A DNA stretch of 64,000 bases from an uncultured Candidatus Sumerlaeota bacterium (GTDB taxonomy: Bacteria > Sumerlaeota > Sumerlaeia > MVZB01 > JAJFLK01), in the NCBI GenBank assembly GCA_964463045.1, contig CAYXAU010000018.1, forward strand, positions 4,443 through 68,442, written 5' to 3'. This document shows, in pieces, positions 18,419 through 28,664 of this stretch. Below the pieces are notes generated by a model that made no database searches, was not told where the DNA came from, and was given only the letters and a program-made list of their open reading frames with translations. Positions within the stretch are counted from its first letter, which is position 1. Each line of letters opens with the position of its first letter. A program made the translations under genes and the position numbers.

Positions 18419-18811
18419 TCAACGCAGGCGATCCGTGAACGGACGGGAGGCGGCCGCGCCGTCGGGCCGCGATTCCAGCCAGGCGCGCGGACGATCGGGG
18501 GCAACGCTCTGGGCGCGGTCACCGGGCGCGGAAGCGGGGCCTTCTCCCCAGAACTCCAGCGCGTTCAGAAAGGCCGTGTCGGCCACGATGACCGCCGGGT
18601 AGACGAAACACAGGGTGAGCACCCAGAAGGCGAGCGTCTGATGGAACTCGTTGGAACTCACGTCGCGGTTAACTTCATACACGTGACGCGTGAGGGCGAA
18701 CCGACCGTAACATCCCACGGCTGAAAAACCCACGAGCAAGAGGCTCAGCACCCGCGCGAGCCGCCGCGAGGCCGGGGACCAGAGGCGCGCAAGCCGGGGA
18801 GACGATGACAT
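18419..18811 (-). CDS. hypothetical lipoprotein
   Basis: signal peptide with lipobox-like SAVGC; no family recognised. Confidence 0.4.
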   Translation of the reverse strand: MSSSPRLARLWSPASRRLARVLSLLLVGFSAVGCYGRFALTRHVYEVNRDVSSNEFHQTLAFWVLTLCFVYPAVIVADTAFLNALEFWGEGPASAPGDRAQSVAPDRPRAWLESRPDGAAASRPFTDRLR

Positions 18812-18925
18812 CGCGGGCCTTTAGCTCCAAGCGAAACGGCGAATCGATCGGCCGGCGCCCGACGGCCGGGTCCACCTTGAGCCAAGCGAAACGTCGAATC
18901 AAGCACTTCCACCGTCGAGGCCGCT

Positions 18926-19708
18926 TCACGTGGGATTGGGATTGAAATTGACGTTGGCCAGGCACCGATCGAGCCGCCGCGCCGCAACGCCGAGCTCTCG
19001 CGCGCCGACAACGCCGATCGCCTCTCCCTCGCCGGCGATCCATTCGCGAACGGCGCGCCGGCCCGTGGCGAGGAACCGGATCGCTGAAGCGGCGAGACTG
19101 GCGTGATAGACCGCATGAAACGGCTCAATCCCTCCGGGGAGGCTCAGACAGACGCCCAGAGGGGAACGTCCTCGCCGGCGGCGCCGCTCCAGCCAGAGCC
19201 CCTGGCGGCCGAGCAGGTCCGCGTCGGGCCAGGGCATGTCCGCGGCGAGCAGAAAGCACCAACGTCCGGGATGGGCAAGTAGGGCGGCCGCAAGACCGCG
19301 CAGGCTGGAAGGGTCGCCCGGCAACTGCGATCCGACCGGGTCCGGAAGGCATTTGAGGCCCCAGGGCTCGAAGTCCCCGGGGCGATCGGTCATGACGGTT
19401 ATCCGATCGGCGAAGATCGGCCGCAGACGTTCAAGTTGATGCTCGATGAGGGGTCGGTCGGCCAGGACGATGAGGGACTTATTAAGGCCTCCGGCGCGCC
19501 GGGCCCGACCCCCGCACAAGATCACGGCCTGGAGCGACGGCGCCCCCACCGACGCTCCAGGGGGAGCCTGATTGAACGAACTCGCGGGGGGGTTCGGCGG
19601 AGACCCGGCGCCCTCGGGCGAGGAAAGGAATAGAGCTTGAGGGGTCCCTTGCCGGCGGTGCAAACTCGGCGGACTCGGGGAGCCCCGGACGTCCATGCGG
19701 CTGGTCAT
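18926..19708 (-). CDS. MobA-like NTP transferase (molybdenum cofactor guanylyltransferase-like)
   Basis: [16 protein letters not shown] matches MobA LAGGxSxRMGxDK motif; low-complexity N-terminal ~50 aa may be untranslated. Confidence 0.55.
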   Translation of the reverse strand: MTSRMDVRGSPSPPSLHRRQGTPQALFLSSPEGAGSPPNPPASSFNQAPPGASVGAPSLQAVILCGGRARRAGGLNKSLIVLADRPLIEHQLERLRPIFADRITVMTDRPGDFEPWGLKCLPDPVGSQLPGDPSSLRGLAAALLAHPGRWCFLLAADMPWPDADLLGRQGLWLERRRRRGRSPLGVCLSLPGGIEPFHAVYHASLAASAIRFLATGRRAVREWIAGEGEAIGVVGARELGVAARRLDRCLANVNFNPNPT

Positions 19709-20582
19709 CCTGCCTAATTATGACGCAGTGAGCGACTGGGTGGCCGACTACGTGCGGCGGCGCGTTCTGGATTTCGCTCCTTCGGCGAAGCGCCCTTTCG
19801 TGCTCGGCCTGCCGACCGGCGGATCGCCGCTGGGGACGTATCGCCGCCTGGCCGAGTTTTACCGGCGCGGCGAGCTTTCCTTCAAGCACGTCGTCACCTT
19901 CAACATGGACGAATACGTGGGTTTGCCGCCGGATCATCCGGAGAGCTACCACAGCTACATGGAAAAGCACTTCTTCAGCCGGGTGGATATCGACCGCCGG
20001 CGGACGCACGTCCTCGACGGAAACGCCGCCGACCTGAACGAAGAGTGTCGCCGCTATGAGGAGCGGATCGCCGCCGTCGGCGGGATCGAGCTTTTCCTGG
20101 GAGGGATCGGCCCCGACGGGCACATCGCCTTCAACGAGCCGGGCTCGTCGCTCGCCTCGCGGACGCGCGTCAAGACGCTGGCCTACGACACGATCGTCGC
20201 CAATTCACGGTTTTTCGGCGGCGACGTCGATCAGGTGCCGAAACTGGCCCTCACGATCGGCGTGGGAACGTTCATGGACGCGCGAGAGGTTCTCATTATT
20301 ATTTCCGGTCTCGCCAAGGCCCACGCCCTCTATAACGCCATCGAATGCGGCGTCAATCACATGTGGACGGTCTCGATGGTGCAGATGCACCCGCACGCCA
20401 CGATCGTCTGCGACGAGGACGCCACGGCCGAGCTGCGCGTCCGGACGGTCAACTACTTCAAGGGGATCGAGAAAATGCTCGCCCGGCAGCCGACCTACCC
20501 CATGGCCCCCAAGAGCTTTCCCCTGGGCCCGGCTGCTCGGGCTGGCCGGATCAATACTCGCCGACGATCGCGATCTGAATGA
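19695..20582 (+). CDS. nagB: glucosamine-6-phosphate deaminase
   Basis: [39 protein letters not shown] motifs of NagB. Confidence 0.85.
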   Translation: MRLVILPNYDAVSDWVADYVRRRVLDFAPSAKRPFVLGLPTGGSPLGTYRRLAEFYRRGELSFKHVVTFNMDEYVGLPPDHPESYHSYMEKHFFSRVDIDRRRTHVLDGNAADLNEECRRYEERIAAVGGIELFLGGIGPDGHIAFNEPGSSLASRTRVKTLAYDTIVANSRFFGGDVDQVPKLALTIGVGTFMDAREVLIIISGLAKAHALYNAIECGVNHMWTVSMVQMHPHATIVCDEDATAELRVRTVNYFKGIEKMLARQPTYPMAPKSFPLGPAARAGRINTRRRSRSE

Positions 20583-20958
20583 CGTTGATCCCTTTGGCCC
20601 GGTGGATCGTTCCCTGGGCCGTGACCTTCTTGCCCACGTAAGGCAGGAGGAGTTCGTTGGCCGTCTGCAGGCCGGAGGCGGGGGCCGGGTTGCGATAGAC
20701 GGCGACGTAAACCTCGCCCGATTCGTCGTCCAGGAGCCCGATCGGAAAGCCATTCTCGGCCCGGAACTGGCCCTGAGCCCTTCCGGTTTCGCCGCGGGCC
20801 CCATCGATCGCGTAGCTGGAAATATCGATGACCTCCCCCACGATCGTCTGACGGGCGGGCCTCCCCCCCTGGCCCAGCGCCACGGCCAGCAGTCCCCCGA
20901 CGAATGTCGGGAGCGCAAGCATGCCGATGATCCCCATCCTTGACCTGCGATGTTTCAC
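20551..20958 (-). CDS. hypothetical secreted protein
   Basis: signal peptide [22 protein letters not shown]; GC3 biased; no family recognised. Confidence 0.4.
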   Translation of the reverse strand: MKHRRSRMGIIGMLALPTFVGGLLAVALGQGGRPARQTIVGEVIDISSYAIDGARGETGRAQGQFRAENGFPIGLLDDESGEVYVAVYRNPAPASGLQTANELLLPYVGKKVTAQGTIHRAKGINVIQIAIVGEY

Positions 20959-21420
20959 GGGACTCGCTCCTTCCTCAGCTCTGGTTCTGCTCGGTCCTCC
21001 AAGGCGACCGGTCGCCGCGCGCCGCGACTTGTTGCAACTAGGACCTCCCCCCCAAGGCCACCAGGATCAATGAAGCAGATGATGTGCCGCTCACGGGTTC
21101 GGGGGGAAAGGGCTCACGGTCGTCTTGACAAGAGGCGCGAGCCCGAGGTCTCGCCCTGGATACCTCTGTCGTCGTAGATGGCTGAAAAAAGATAACTTAA
21201 TTGCTCCGGCCAGGCCGAATCCGTCGATCGGCGGGGGCCGGTCGGGCCAACCCATCGTCCAACGGATTGCCTTCCACGATTAGGGCTGGAGCAGCAGGCG
21301 CGCTGAAGGGCCTGAAACAACGCAACCTGGCGCGCGACATCCGAAGGTATTGTAAACAGCCCAAGGCGCAACTGGACAGGCAGGATAGGGACCAGAACTT
21401 GAACCTGCGGAGGGAGTGTT

Positions 21421-21434
21421 GAGACGCGGGTCTC
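21421..21434. promoter_or_regulatory. perfect 5-4-5 palindrome GAGAC-GCGG-GTCTC, candidate enhancer (UAS) ~135 bp upstream of the sigma-54 promoter
   Basis: seen directly; position is typical for bEBP binding sites. Confidence 0.25.
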
Positions 21435-21561
21435 TCGCCGTTCAGGGCGAGCTAAGTTATTTCGTCTCAGTCGATCCCATACCGGAGCAGGTGCGAATGG
21501 CGACCACTCGTCGGTTGGATCGGGACGGCGTGAACTAAGACTATAACGCGTTTAAGTTTTG

Positions 21562-21576
21562 TGGAACGAAACCTGC
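21562..21576 (+). promoter_or_regulatory. sigma-54 (-24/-12) promoter TGGAACG-aaac-CTGC
   Basis: matches TGGCACG-N4-TTGC at 9/11 defined positions with exact GG-N10-GC spacing; ~66 nt upstream of the ATG at 21642. Confidence 0.45.
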
Positions 21577-21641
21577 GGAATATGCGCAAAGGAAGGGCAG
21601 AAATGCCGCACATGCCCGCGGATCGCAACAGGAGATCAACC

Positions 21642-22907
21642 ATGACCCGAATCCCTTCCCTGATCGTCGGCTTGGCGACTTTCCTCGGCCTGACCGTCCC
21701 GGCGGCAGCTCAGGAAGGCGCTCCGACGTTCTACCGGGACATCGTCCCCCTTCTGCAGCGGAATTGTCAGAGTTGTCATCGTCCGCAGGGGGCCAACCTG
21801 GGCGGGATGGTCGCCCCGATGGCGCTGGTGACCTACGCCGAAGTCCGGCCATGGGTTCGGTCGATCCTCCGACAGGTGGAGGATAATCAGATGCCCCCCT
21901 GGCACGCCTCGCCGGCCTTCAAGGGCGTCTTCGAGAACGAGCGTTCGCTCAGTGAGGAGGAAGTGGCCGTGATCGCCCGCTGGGCGCGGGCTGGAGCCCC
22001 CGCCGGACGGGAGGCCGAGGCGCCGCCGCCCATAGCCTTTCCCGAGGCCGGATGGGCCATCGGCGAGCCGGACCTCGTCCTGTCGTTTGACGAGCCCTAC
22101 GTCGTCGCCGATGAGGTCGAGGACCAGTACGTCAACTTTACGGTCGACGTTCCCGAAGACCTGCACGCCGAGGACCGTTGGATGCAGGCGTTGGAATTCA
22201 AGCCGGGCAGCGCCGTGGTTCACCACATCATCGGCTACGCCTATGCGCCTGGGACCGGGGCGATCGGCGCCGACCGGGGGATGGTGGGCGGGATCGCGCC
22301 GGGCAATGACCCGGAGAGTTGGCCTGAAGGTTACGGGATGATGCTTCGCAAAGGCTCCAAATTCACCTTCGCCATGCATTACCACAAGGAGAAAGGCCCC
22401 GGGACGGCGACGGCGGACCGCTCCAGCGTCGGCATCAAGTTCCATCCCAAGGGCTCGAAGGTTCGGCCCATGACGATCGAAGCGATCGGGAACATGGGTT
22501 TTGAGATTCCCCCGTTCCACAAGGAATGGCACGTCGGGGCCGCCAAGACGTTCGACCGTCCGATCGAAGTCCATTACTGGATGCCGCACATGCACCTGCG
22601 CGGGAAGTCAGCCACGTATACGGCCTTCTATCCCGACGGAGGGCGCGAGGTCCTGCTCGATGTCCCCCGCTACGACTTCAACTGGCAGACCTCTTATCAG
22701 TACCGCGAACCGAAGCTCTTGCCGGCCGGCACGCGCGTCGAGGTCCTGATGACCTATGACAACTCGGTGGAGAACGCCGCCGTCCCGAACCCGACGATCC
22801 CCGTCCGCTTCGGCGGCCCCACGACCGATGAAATGGCGCTCGGCTGGCTGGCCTATGCCTACGCCGACGAAACGCCGCAGGACGAGGCCGAGGCGGCGGG
22901 CGGATGA
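21642..22907 (+). CDS. secreted PSCyt1-type c-type cytochrome domain fused to PHM/DBH-like type-2 copper monooxygenase
   Basis: signal peptide; CQSCH haem motif, NQMPPW and ARWARAGAP (PSCyt1); VVHHIIGY, AMHYH, PHMHLRG, RYDFNWQ, GGPTTDEMALGW (DBH-like TRDEMC Met ligand region); AGGAG RBS. Confidence 0.65.
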   Translation: MTRIPSLIVGLATFLGLTVPAAAQEGAPTFYRDIVPLLQRNCQSCHRPQGANLGGMVAPMALVTYAEVRPWVRSILRQVEDNQMPPWHASPAFKGVFENERSLSEEEVAVIARWARAGAPAGREAEAPPPIAFPEAGWAIGEPDLVLSFDEPYVVADEVEDQYVNFTVDVPEDLHAEDRWMQALEFKPGSAVVHHIIGYAYAPGTGAIGADRGMVGGIAPGNDPESWPEGYGMMLRKGSKFTFAMHYHKEKGPGTATADRSSVGIKFHPKGSKVRPMTIEAIGNMGFEIPPFHKEWHVGAAKTFDRPIEVHYWMPHMHLRGKSATYTAFYPDGGREVLLDVPRYDFNWQTSYQYREPKLLPAGTRVEVLMTYDNSVENAAVPNPTIPVRFGGPTTDEMALGWLAYAYADETPQDEAEAAGG

Positions 22908-23006
22908 AAGCGCTCCCGGCCTGACGGGCCGAACGGCCGGATCGGGCTGGACTCGGCCCCCGGCCAACCCACTGAACTCATCTCCTTCCCTTCCCTTCTC
23001 GCCCAA

Positions 23007-23036
23007 CCGGGGCGGCGCCCGAAAGCGCCGCCCCGG
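23007..23036. terminator. GC-rich 12 bp perfect hairpin between convergent genes (possible bidirectional terminator, no U-tract)
   Basis: ccggggcggcgc-ccgaaa-gcgccgccccgg. Confidence 0.3.
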
Positions 23037-23148
23037 CTCGCCTGAAAGCCCGCCCCCGGCGGGAGGTTCGTCGGCGGCGGGGTCCCGGCTGGCCAGGCCG
23101 GGCGCGACGTCGGCCGCGCCGTCTCTCCTCAGCGGCGGCTGGAGGCGC

Positions 23149-25104
23149 TTAAGGCTGGCGGGAGGGAGGGCCGGCGTCGATGGTCTTCATCTTGCGCCAG
23201 AGCGTGGCCGGGTTGATGCCCAAGAGCCGAGCCGCGACCGAGCGCTTGCCGGCGGTGTATTCCAGGGTCCGGAGAATGTGAAGGCGTTCAAGCTCACGGA
23301 TGGTCAACGGTTCCCAACCGGTCGGTCGCAGGGCGTGAGCGGCCGCCGCCGACGGAGCGGAGGGGCCGCTTCGTGGACCGGAGGCTGCCGGGGGACTTTC
23401 GCGCTCGCGGGCGCGGCGGCGGTGAGCGATGCCCTGGAGGATCGAGACGACCTGGGTGCCGAGGACGGTCGCCCGTTCGATGACGTTTTCCAGTTCGCGG
23501 ATGTTGCCGGGCCACTCGTATTCCGTGAGGATCCGCATGTCGTCCTCGCCGACGATCGATTCACGCCGGACGGAGCCCTTGCCGTACTTCTCGACGAAGA
23601 AATCGACGAGCAGCGGGATGTCCTCGACGCGTTCGCGCAGGGGCGGGACGTGGATCGGCAGGACGTTCAATCGGAAAAACAGGTCCTGACGAAACAAACC
23701 TTCCTCGAGCAGCCTTTCCAGGTCGCGGTTGGTGGCGGCGATGAGGCGAACGTCGACCGAGAGTGTTTCGGTGCCGCCGACGCGCGAGAATTCGCGCTCC
23801 TGAATGAACCGCAGAAGCTTGACCTGCATGTTCAGGTCGAGCTCGCCGATCTCGTCCAGGAAGATCGTCCCCTTGTCAGCGGCCTCGAACCGGCCGATCT
23901 TGAGCGCCTCGGCCCCCGTGAACGCGCCCCGTTCGTGGCCGAACAGCTCGCTCTCGATGAGCGTCTCCGGAATGGCGGCGCAATTGACGGGCATGAAGAC
24001 CCGGTCCCGACGGGCTGAGTTATTGTGAATGGCCCGGGCGATGAGTTCCTTGCCCGTGCCGTTCTCGCCGGTGATCAGCACGTTGGCGTCGCTGGCGGCC
24101 GCCAGACGGGCCAGCCGAAGGACGCGCTGCATCGGAAGGGCCTTGCCAATGATCGGGCGGTCGCCGTGGACCTCCATCACGGCCCCGGCGTCCCGCTCGG
24201 CGGCTCCCCCCTTGGAAAGGGCCGAGAGAGCGGGGGGGTCCTCCGGCCCCTGCCGGCGCGCGGGCGAGAGGCCCTCCAGCGGGGCATAGCGGCCTTCCCG
24301 CTCGTAGATCAGATTCATATGGTAGATGGCCCCCGGGTGGCCGGGCCGATCGCGCAGGACGCGGTGGAACTGTTCGATGGCCTGGCTCACGTGACCCAAC
24401 TCGAGGCGGGCGATGCCGAGATTGCAGCGAACTTCGATCGTGGGCTCCAGCCGGGCGGGGTCATCCCCATGACGCTTCAAGTAGATTTCCAGGTGCTCGA
24501 CGGCCCGGGCGAAGTCACGCGCCTGAAAGTAGAGGTTAGCCAGGTGGCGGCGGGCGCCGTCGTGAGCCGGGTTGAGCCCCAGGGCGCGATGGAAGTAATG
24601 CTCGGCGGCTTCGGTCTCGCCATGGTTCCAGCAGGCGATGGCCAGGTAATAGGAACAGTCCGCCTGAAACTCGGCCCCATCGCCGAAGAACAGACCGAGA
24701 TAGAAACGATCGGGCGCGATGGCGACGGACGCCTCGGCCAGCCCGCCGAAGAGTTCGCGAGCCTGCTCGATGCGCCCTTGGTTGATCAGAATCTGGCCGA
24801 GATTGTATTGAGCCTCGACGTCGGTCCGGTCGTGGTCGAGGAGGGCGCGATAGTGCTTCTGGGCCTCGTCGGTCAGGCCGGCGTGATAGAGCCCGTGGGC
24901 GTAGCAACGGGCCACGTCGGGATCGTTCGGCGCGATCTGGCGGGCGCGCTTGAACTCCTTGAGGGCCGCGTCGTAGCGCATCTCGGAGAAGTGACGGATG
25001 CCTTCATGGAGCGCCAGAGCCGCCCCCACGACGGCCGCGCCGCAATGGGAGCACTGCCCGGCGCCGAGGGCCAGGCTCCGCCGACACTGGACACAACTCA
25101 ACAT
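23149..25104 (-). CDS. sigma-54-dependent transcriptional activator (bEBP) with N-terminal zinc-ribbon + TPR sensor region and C-terminal Fis-type HTH
   Basis: GENGTGKE Walker [16 protein letters not shown] (GAFTGA) motif, C-terminal [23 protein letters not shown]; N-terminus CxxC...CxxC then ~6 TPRs instead of a receiver domain. Confidence 0.8.
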   Translation of the reverse strand: MLSCVQCRRSLALGAGQCSHCGAAVVGAALALHEGIRHFSEMRYDAALKEFKRARQIAPNDPDVARCYAHGLYHAGLTDEAQKHYRALLDHDRTDVEAQYNLGQILINQGRIEQARELFGGLAEASVAIAPDRFYLGLFFGDGAEFQADCSYYLAIACWNHGETEAAEHYFHRALGLNPAHDGARRHLANLYFQARDFARAVEHLEIYLKRHGDDPARLEPTIEVRCNLGIARLELGHVSQAIEQFHRVLRDRPGHPGAIYHMNLIYEREGRYAPLEGLSPARRQGPEDPPALSALSKGGAAERDAGAVMEVHGDRPIIGKALPMQRVLRLARLAAASDANVLITGENGTGKELIARAIHNNSARRDRVFMPVNCAAIPETLIESELFGHERGAFTGAEALKIGRFEAADKGTIFLDEIGELDLNMQVKLLRFIQEREFSRVGGTETLSVDVRLIAATNRDLERLLEEGLFRQDLFFRLNVLPIHVPPLRERVEDIPLLVDFFVEKYGKGSVRRESIVGEDDMRILTEYEWPGNIRELENVIERATVLGTQVVSILQGIAHRRRARERESPPAASGPRSGPSAPSAAAAHALRPTGWEPLTIRELERLHILRTLEYTAGKRSVAARLLGINPATLWRKMKTIDAGPPSRQP

Positions 25105-25156
25105 CAGCGTTCAGTGTAGCCGCCCCAGGGCCGCTCAGGCAATTCTTCCGCTCAGC

Positions 25157-25609
25157 TCAGGAGGGCTTGAACCGGAGCACGAGCGCCGCACCAATGGCGA
25201 GAAGGGCGAAGCCGACGAAAAGCGCCGGGTGAGGGGTCTCTTTCGGCGGGTACTTGATCATGCTGAAGAGAACGTTGACCACCGGCGCGCCGCCGAACAC
25301 CAGCGGCGGCACGAGAAGGGGGGTTCCGCCCGTCCGGAGGGCGTAAATCACGCAGAGCGCCCCGGCGGCCCCGAGCGCCCCCGCCACGGTCGCGATCGCC
25401 ACGCCCTTGAACCCGAACGCCCCCGCCTCCTGGCCCGCCAGCAGGACACCTCCGGGAACGAGAACGGCCATGAGGAAATAGGCAAACCCGACGCAAAGGA
25501 AGGCCCGGATCGGGCTGCCCAGCTCGACCTGGCCCATGTGGATCGTCGGCACGTAGAGCCCCCAGGTCAGGATTGTCCCAAGCACGAAAATCAGCCACGT
25601 CATCGTCAA
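25157..25609 (-). CDS. small 4-TM membrane protein (DMT/EamA-like half)
   Basis: four hydrophobic helices; immediately upstream of the bEBP gene on the same strand. Confidence 0.45.
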   Translation of the reverse strand: MTMTWLIFVLGTILTWGLYVPTIHMGQVELGSPIRAFLCVGFAYFLMAVLVPGGVLLAGQEAGAFGFKGVAIATVAGALGAAGALCVIYALRTGGTPLLVPPLVFGGAPVVNVLFSMIKYPPKETPHPALFVGFALLAIGAALVLRFKPS

Positions 25610-25940
25610 GAGGCCCCTTTCCCAGAATGGCCGGCCAAGGGCCGGGGCCGGCCAGTCTAAGGCTTCCCGAAGGGGCCTTCAATGATCCGGGGCCCGCTTC
25701 GATGGGGGTTGAAAACATCGCTCCGGGGCCCTAAGCTCAACCGGGAGGACTGGAAGTCAAGGCTCCTCAGCGCACCCCGTCGGAGCCGCTCGAAAGGCGA
25801 TGGCCCCACCGGAGCGAAGGCCAGGGGCCGGCGCCGGAGCGAGAGGCTTGATTTTCGGGCGAGAGATTGTGAAAAATTTCTCGAAGTCGGGGCGCTCGGC
25901 CTAGACGGCGCTCATCCGCTCCGGACGGGAGCGTTCGACC

Positions 25941-26597
25941 ATGGGTCGCTACAATTTCCCTCCCGAAGAACTTCAGCGCCGCGCGGCGCTCTCCTCCGAG
26001 CTTAAGAAGAAGTTCAAGGCCAAGCGGGCCGCCGCGGCCGCCGCCGCCGGGAAAAAAGGACCCGCCAAGGACGAGAAGAAGAAGGCCGCCGAGGAAACGC
26101 CGAAAATTGACTACGCGGCTCTCAAGGCCAAAGCCCGCGACCGGCGGAATTTTCTGGCCGGAACGCTCAATTTCACCCTCGGGATGACGATCACCACCCT
26201 CGGCGTCCAGCGATTCATGTTTCCGCGGATGCTTTTCGAGCCCCAGAGCGCATTCGTTGCCGGGCGGCCCGACGAGTTCCTGCCGAACAACCCCATCTTC
26301 TTCAAGGACTTTCGCACGTGGATCATCCGCCTGGGGAACCGGATCATCGCCCTTTCGGGCCGCTGCACGCACCTGGGCTGCACGCCGGCCTGGCTGACCT
26401 CCGACGGCAAATTCAAGTGCCCATGCCACGGCAGCGGCTTCCGCATCACGGGGGTGAACTTCGAGGGCCCGGCCCCCCGCGCGCTGGAACGGTTCAAGAT
26501 TGAATTGGCCGACGGGAGGCTCCGCGTGGAGACGGCCAAGCTCTTTCTGTTCGAAAACGGCGGCTGGGAGAATCCGGAGTCCTATGTGACCGTCTGA
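25941..26597 (+). CDS. Rieske [2Fe-2S] subunit of a cytochrome bc-type complex, Tat signal preceded by Lys/Ala-rich N-terminal extension
   Basis: CTHLGC and CPCHGS Rieske boxes; RDRRNFLAG Tat motif; ~55 aa KA-rich N-terminal tail. Confidence 0.85.
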   Translation: MGRYNFPPEELQRRAALSSELKKKFKAKRAAAAAAAGKKGPAKDEKKKAAEETPKIDYAALKAKARDRRNFLAGTLNFTLGMTITTLGVQRFMFPRMLFEPQSAFVAGRPDEFLPNNPIFFKDFRTWIIRLGNRIIALSGRCTHLGCTPAWLTSDGKFKCPCHGSGFRITGVNFEGPAPRALERFKIELADGRLRVETAKLFLFENGGWENPESYVTV

Positions 26598-26651
26598 GAT
26601 CGCGGCGGCGGCGCTCGGCGCGCCGGCCCGCGATAATCGGCGAGGGCGTCG

Positions 26652-27434
26652 ATGCAAGCCTTCCTCAATAAAGTCTACGAAACTCAGCTCTGGAAATCCC
26701 TCTTTCGGCACGGCTTGCCGCGGGACCCGCGCAACCGTTCGCTGGCGATCCTGACCAACGTTTTCCTGCACCTTCACCCGGTGCGCGTCCGAAGCGGCGC
26801 TCTCCGCGTCCGCTTCACCTGGTGCATGGGCGGCCTCACGTTTTTCATCTTCCTCGTGCTCACGTTCACCGGCGTCCTGCTGATGTTTTATTATCATCCC
26901 AACGCGCGAGACGCCTATCCGGATATCCAGAAACTCGAATCGGGGGACGTCCCCTTCGGCATGCTGATGCGGAACATGCATCGCTGGGGGGCGCATCTGA
27001 TGGTGATCTCCATCTGGTTGCACATGTTCCGCGTCTTTCTGACGGGCAGTTACAAGCCGCCGAGGGAATTCAATTGGGTCGTGGGGGTCATCTTGCTGGT
27101 CTTGACGCTGTTGCTCAGCTTCACGGGTTATCTTTTGCCGTGGGATCAGTTGGCGATGTGGGCCGTTACCGTCGGGACGAACATGGCGCGGGCGACGCCC
27201 TTGGTCGGCCACGAGGGTCCGGGAGCCCAATTCCTGAAGATCGGCGATTTTCAGCTCGTGACGTCTCGCAGCGACGTGCGTTTCGCCCTCCTCGGCGGGC
27301 GAATCGTCGGCCCGGGCGCGCTGTTGAGGTTTTACGTCCTGCATTGCATCCTGTTCCCCCTGATCGCCGGCGTCTTCATGGCGATTCATTTCTGGAGAAT
27401 CCGGAAGGACGGCAATATCTCGGGCCCCGTCTAG
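26652..27434 (+). CDS. cytochrome b (N-terminal half, b6-like) of bc complex
   Basis: 4 TM helices with conserved haem-ligand histidines ([20 protein letters not shown]), typical split cytochrome b. Confidence 0.85.
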   Translation: MQAFLNKVYETQLWKSLFRHGLPRDPRNRSLAILTNVFLHLHPVRVRSGALRVRFTWCMGGLTFFIFLVLTFTGVLLMFYYHPNARDAYPDIQKLESGDVPFGMLMRNMHRWGAHLMVISIWLHMFRVFLTGSYKPPREFNWVVGVILLVLTLLLSFTGYLLPWDQLAMWAVTVGTNMARATPLVGHEGPGAQFLKIGDFQLVTSRSDVRFALLGGRIVGPGALLRFYVLHCILFPLIAGVFMAIHFWRIRKDGNISGPV

Positions 27435-27480
27435 ACGGGCCCGCCCGCGGACCCAGCCCCCTCAACGGAGCCCAGCCTCG

Positions 27481-28611
27481 ATGATGGACCGCCTCCTGGA
27501 CCCCCATTGGTGGAACGAGTTCCTGTTCCCCATTCTCTTCCGTCCAATCAACTCCGTCTTCGCGCCCGATCCCCGCTATGTGTTAACGTTCCTCTTTGTC
27601 GGCTTCGTTCTGGCCTGCGTTTTCCTCAAGCAATTGACCCACCCGGTGGTGGTCGGCGCCCCGGCCGCGCTGTTCGCCGTCTTGTTCGTGATCGGCCTGG
27701 TCAACCCGGACTTTCAGTTGCTCATCTTCAAGGGGGACAACGTCCCGATCGTGATTCTCCTTGTCGTCGTCCCGTTTTATACGTGGTGGGGGCTCCGTCA
27801 GGCCGTGCTGAACGACGAGTATAAGCACAAGGCCGGCCGCGACCTGCTCCGCATGTCCAATACGCCCGACAACGATCCAGAGGACAAGGTTCACACTTTT
27901 CCTTTTCTTGTCCATCCGGAATTCATTTCGACCGTCGTCTGCTCCGTTCTGCTGATGGTCTGGTCGATCACGATCGACGCTCCCCTGGAGCAGCCCTCCG
28001 AGTCGGCCCGCACACCCAATCCCTCCAAGGCTCCCTGGTACTTTCTCGGTTTGCAGGAGATGCTCGTTTATTTTGATCCCTGGCTCGCGGGCGTCGTGAT
28101 GCCGAGCTACATCATCGTGGGGTTGATGGCCATCCCTTATTTCGACGCCAATCCGAAAGGGAACGGATACTTCACCTGGGAGGAACGAAAGTACGCCATC
28201 TCGTTCTTTCTTTTCGGCTTTGTTATCCTCTGGGTCATCCTGATCGTCAACGGGACGCTCCTGCGCGGTCCCGGTTGGAACTTCTTCGGTCCGTTCGAGT
28301 ACTGGGATCACAACAAGGTGGAAGCCCTGACCAACGTCAATTTCAGCGAGATGCTCGGCTTCGATCCGGCGACCCCCTGGTGGCTCCGTGAGGCCCCGGG
28401 ATTTCTGGCGTTGCTGATCTATTTTATCGGTCTTCCGATTGTGGGGTGGTTCGTCTTTCGGAAAATCGCCGCGCAGTACGGCGTGCTCCGGTACGGCGTG
28501 GCCTCCCACTTTATCCTGGCCATGATGCTCCTGCCGATCAAAATGTATCTCCGGTGGTTGTTCAACCTGAAGTATATCATCGCGATTCATGAGATCGGGG
28601 TGAACATCTGA
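27481..28611 (+). CDS. cytochrome b C-terminal half (subunit IV-like), extended
   Basis: PNPSKAPWYFLGLQE (PEWY-like) motif, multiple TM helices. Confidence 0.75.
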   Translation: MMDRLLDPHWWNEFLFPILFRPINSVFAPDPRYVLTFLFVGFVLACVFLKQLTHPVVVGAPAALFAVLFVIGLVNPDFQLLIFKGDNVPIVILLVVVPFYTWWGLRQAVLNDEYKHKAGRDLLRMSNTPDNDPEDKVHTFPFLVHPEFISTVVCSVLLMVWSITIDAPLEQPSESARTPNPSKAPWYFLGLQEMLVYFDPWLAGVVMPSYIIVGLMAIPYFDANPKGNGYFTWEERKYAISFFLFGFVILWVILIVNGTLLRGPGWNFFGPFEYWDHNKVEALTNVNFSEMLGFDPATPWWLREAPGFLALLIYFIGLPIVGWFVFRKIAAQYGVLRYGVASHFILAMMLLPIKMYLRWLFNLKYIIAIHEIGVNI

Positions 28612-28664
28612 ATCTCGGGCGGCGGCGCCGCCGGTAGCCACCGCCGAGGAACTGAGCCCGAACG

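Noticed and set aside
16702-18438. 578 aa plus-strand ORF antisense to the ABC permease genes
   Set aside because: Product is R/G/D/E/H-rich with no domains; the minus-strand frames encode clear DppB/DppC permeases
20959-21641. tmRNA, RNase P RNA, SRP RNA or tRNA in the low-GC intergenic island
   Set aside because: Could not find T-loop GGTTCGAnTCC, tag-reading-frame ending in AA-stop, RNase P conserved boxes or SRP domain IV motif by eye; left as unassigned
25767-27389. 540 aa minus-strand ORF antisense to Rieske/cytochrome b
   Set aside because: Antisense artifact of GC-rich DNA; the plus strand encodes unmistakable Rieske and cyt b motifs
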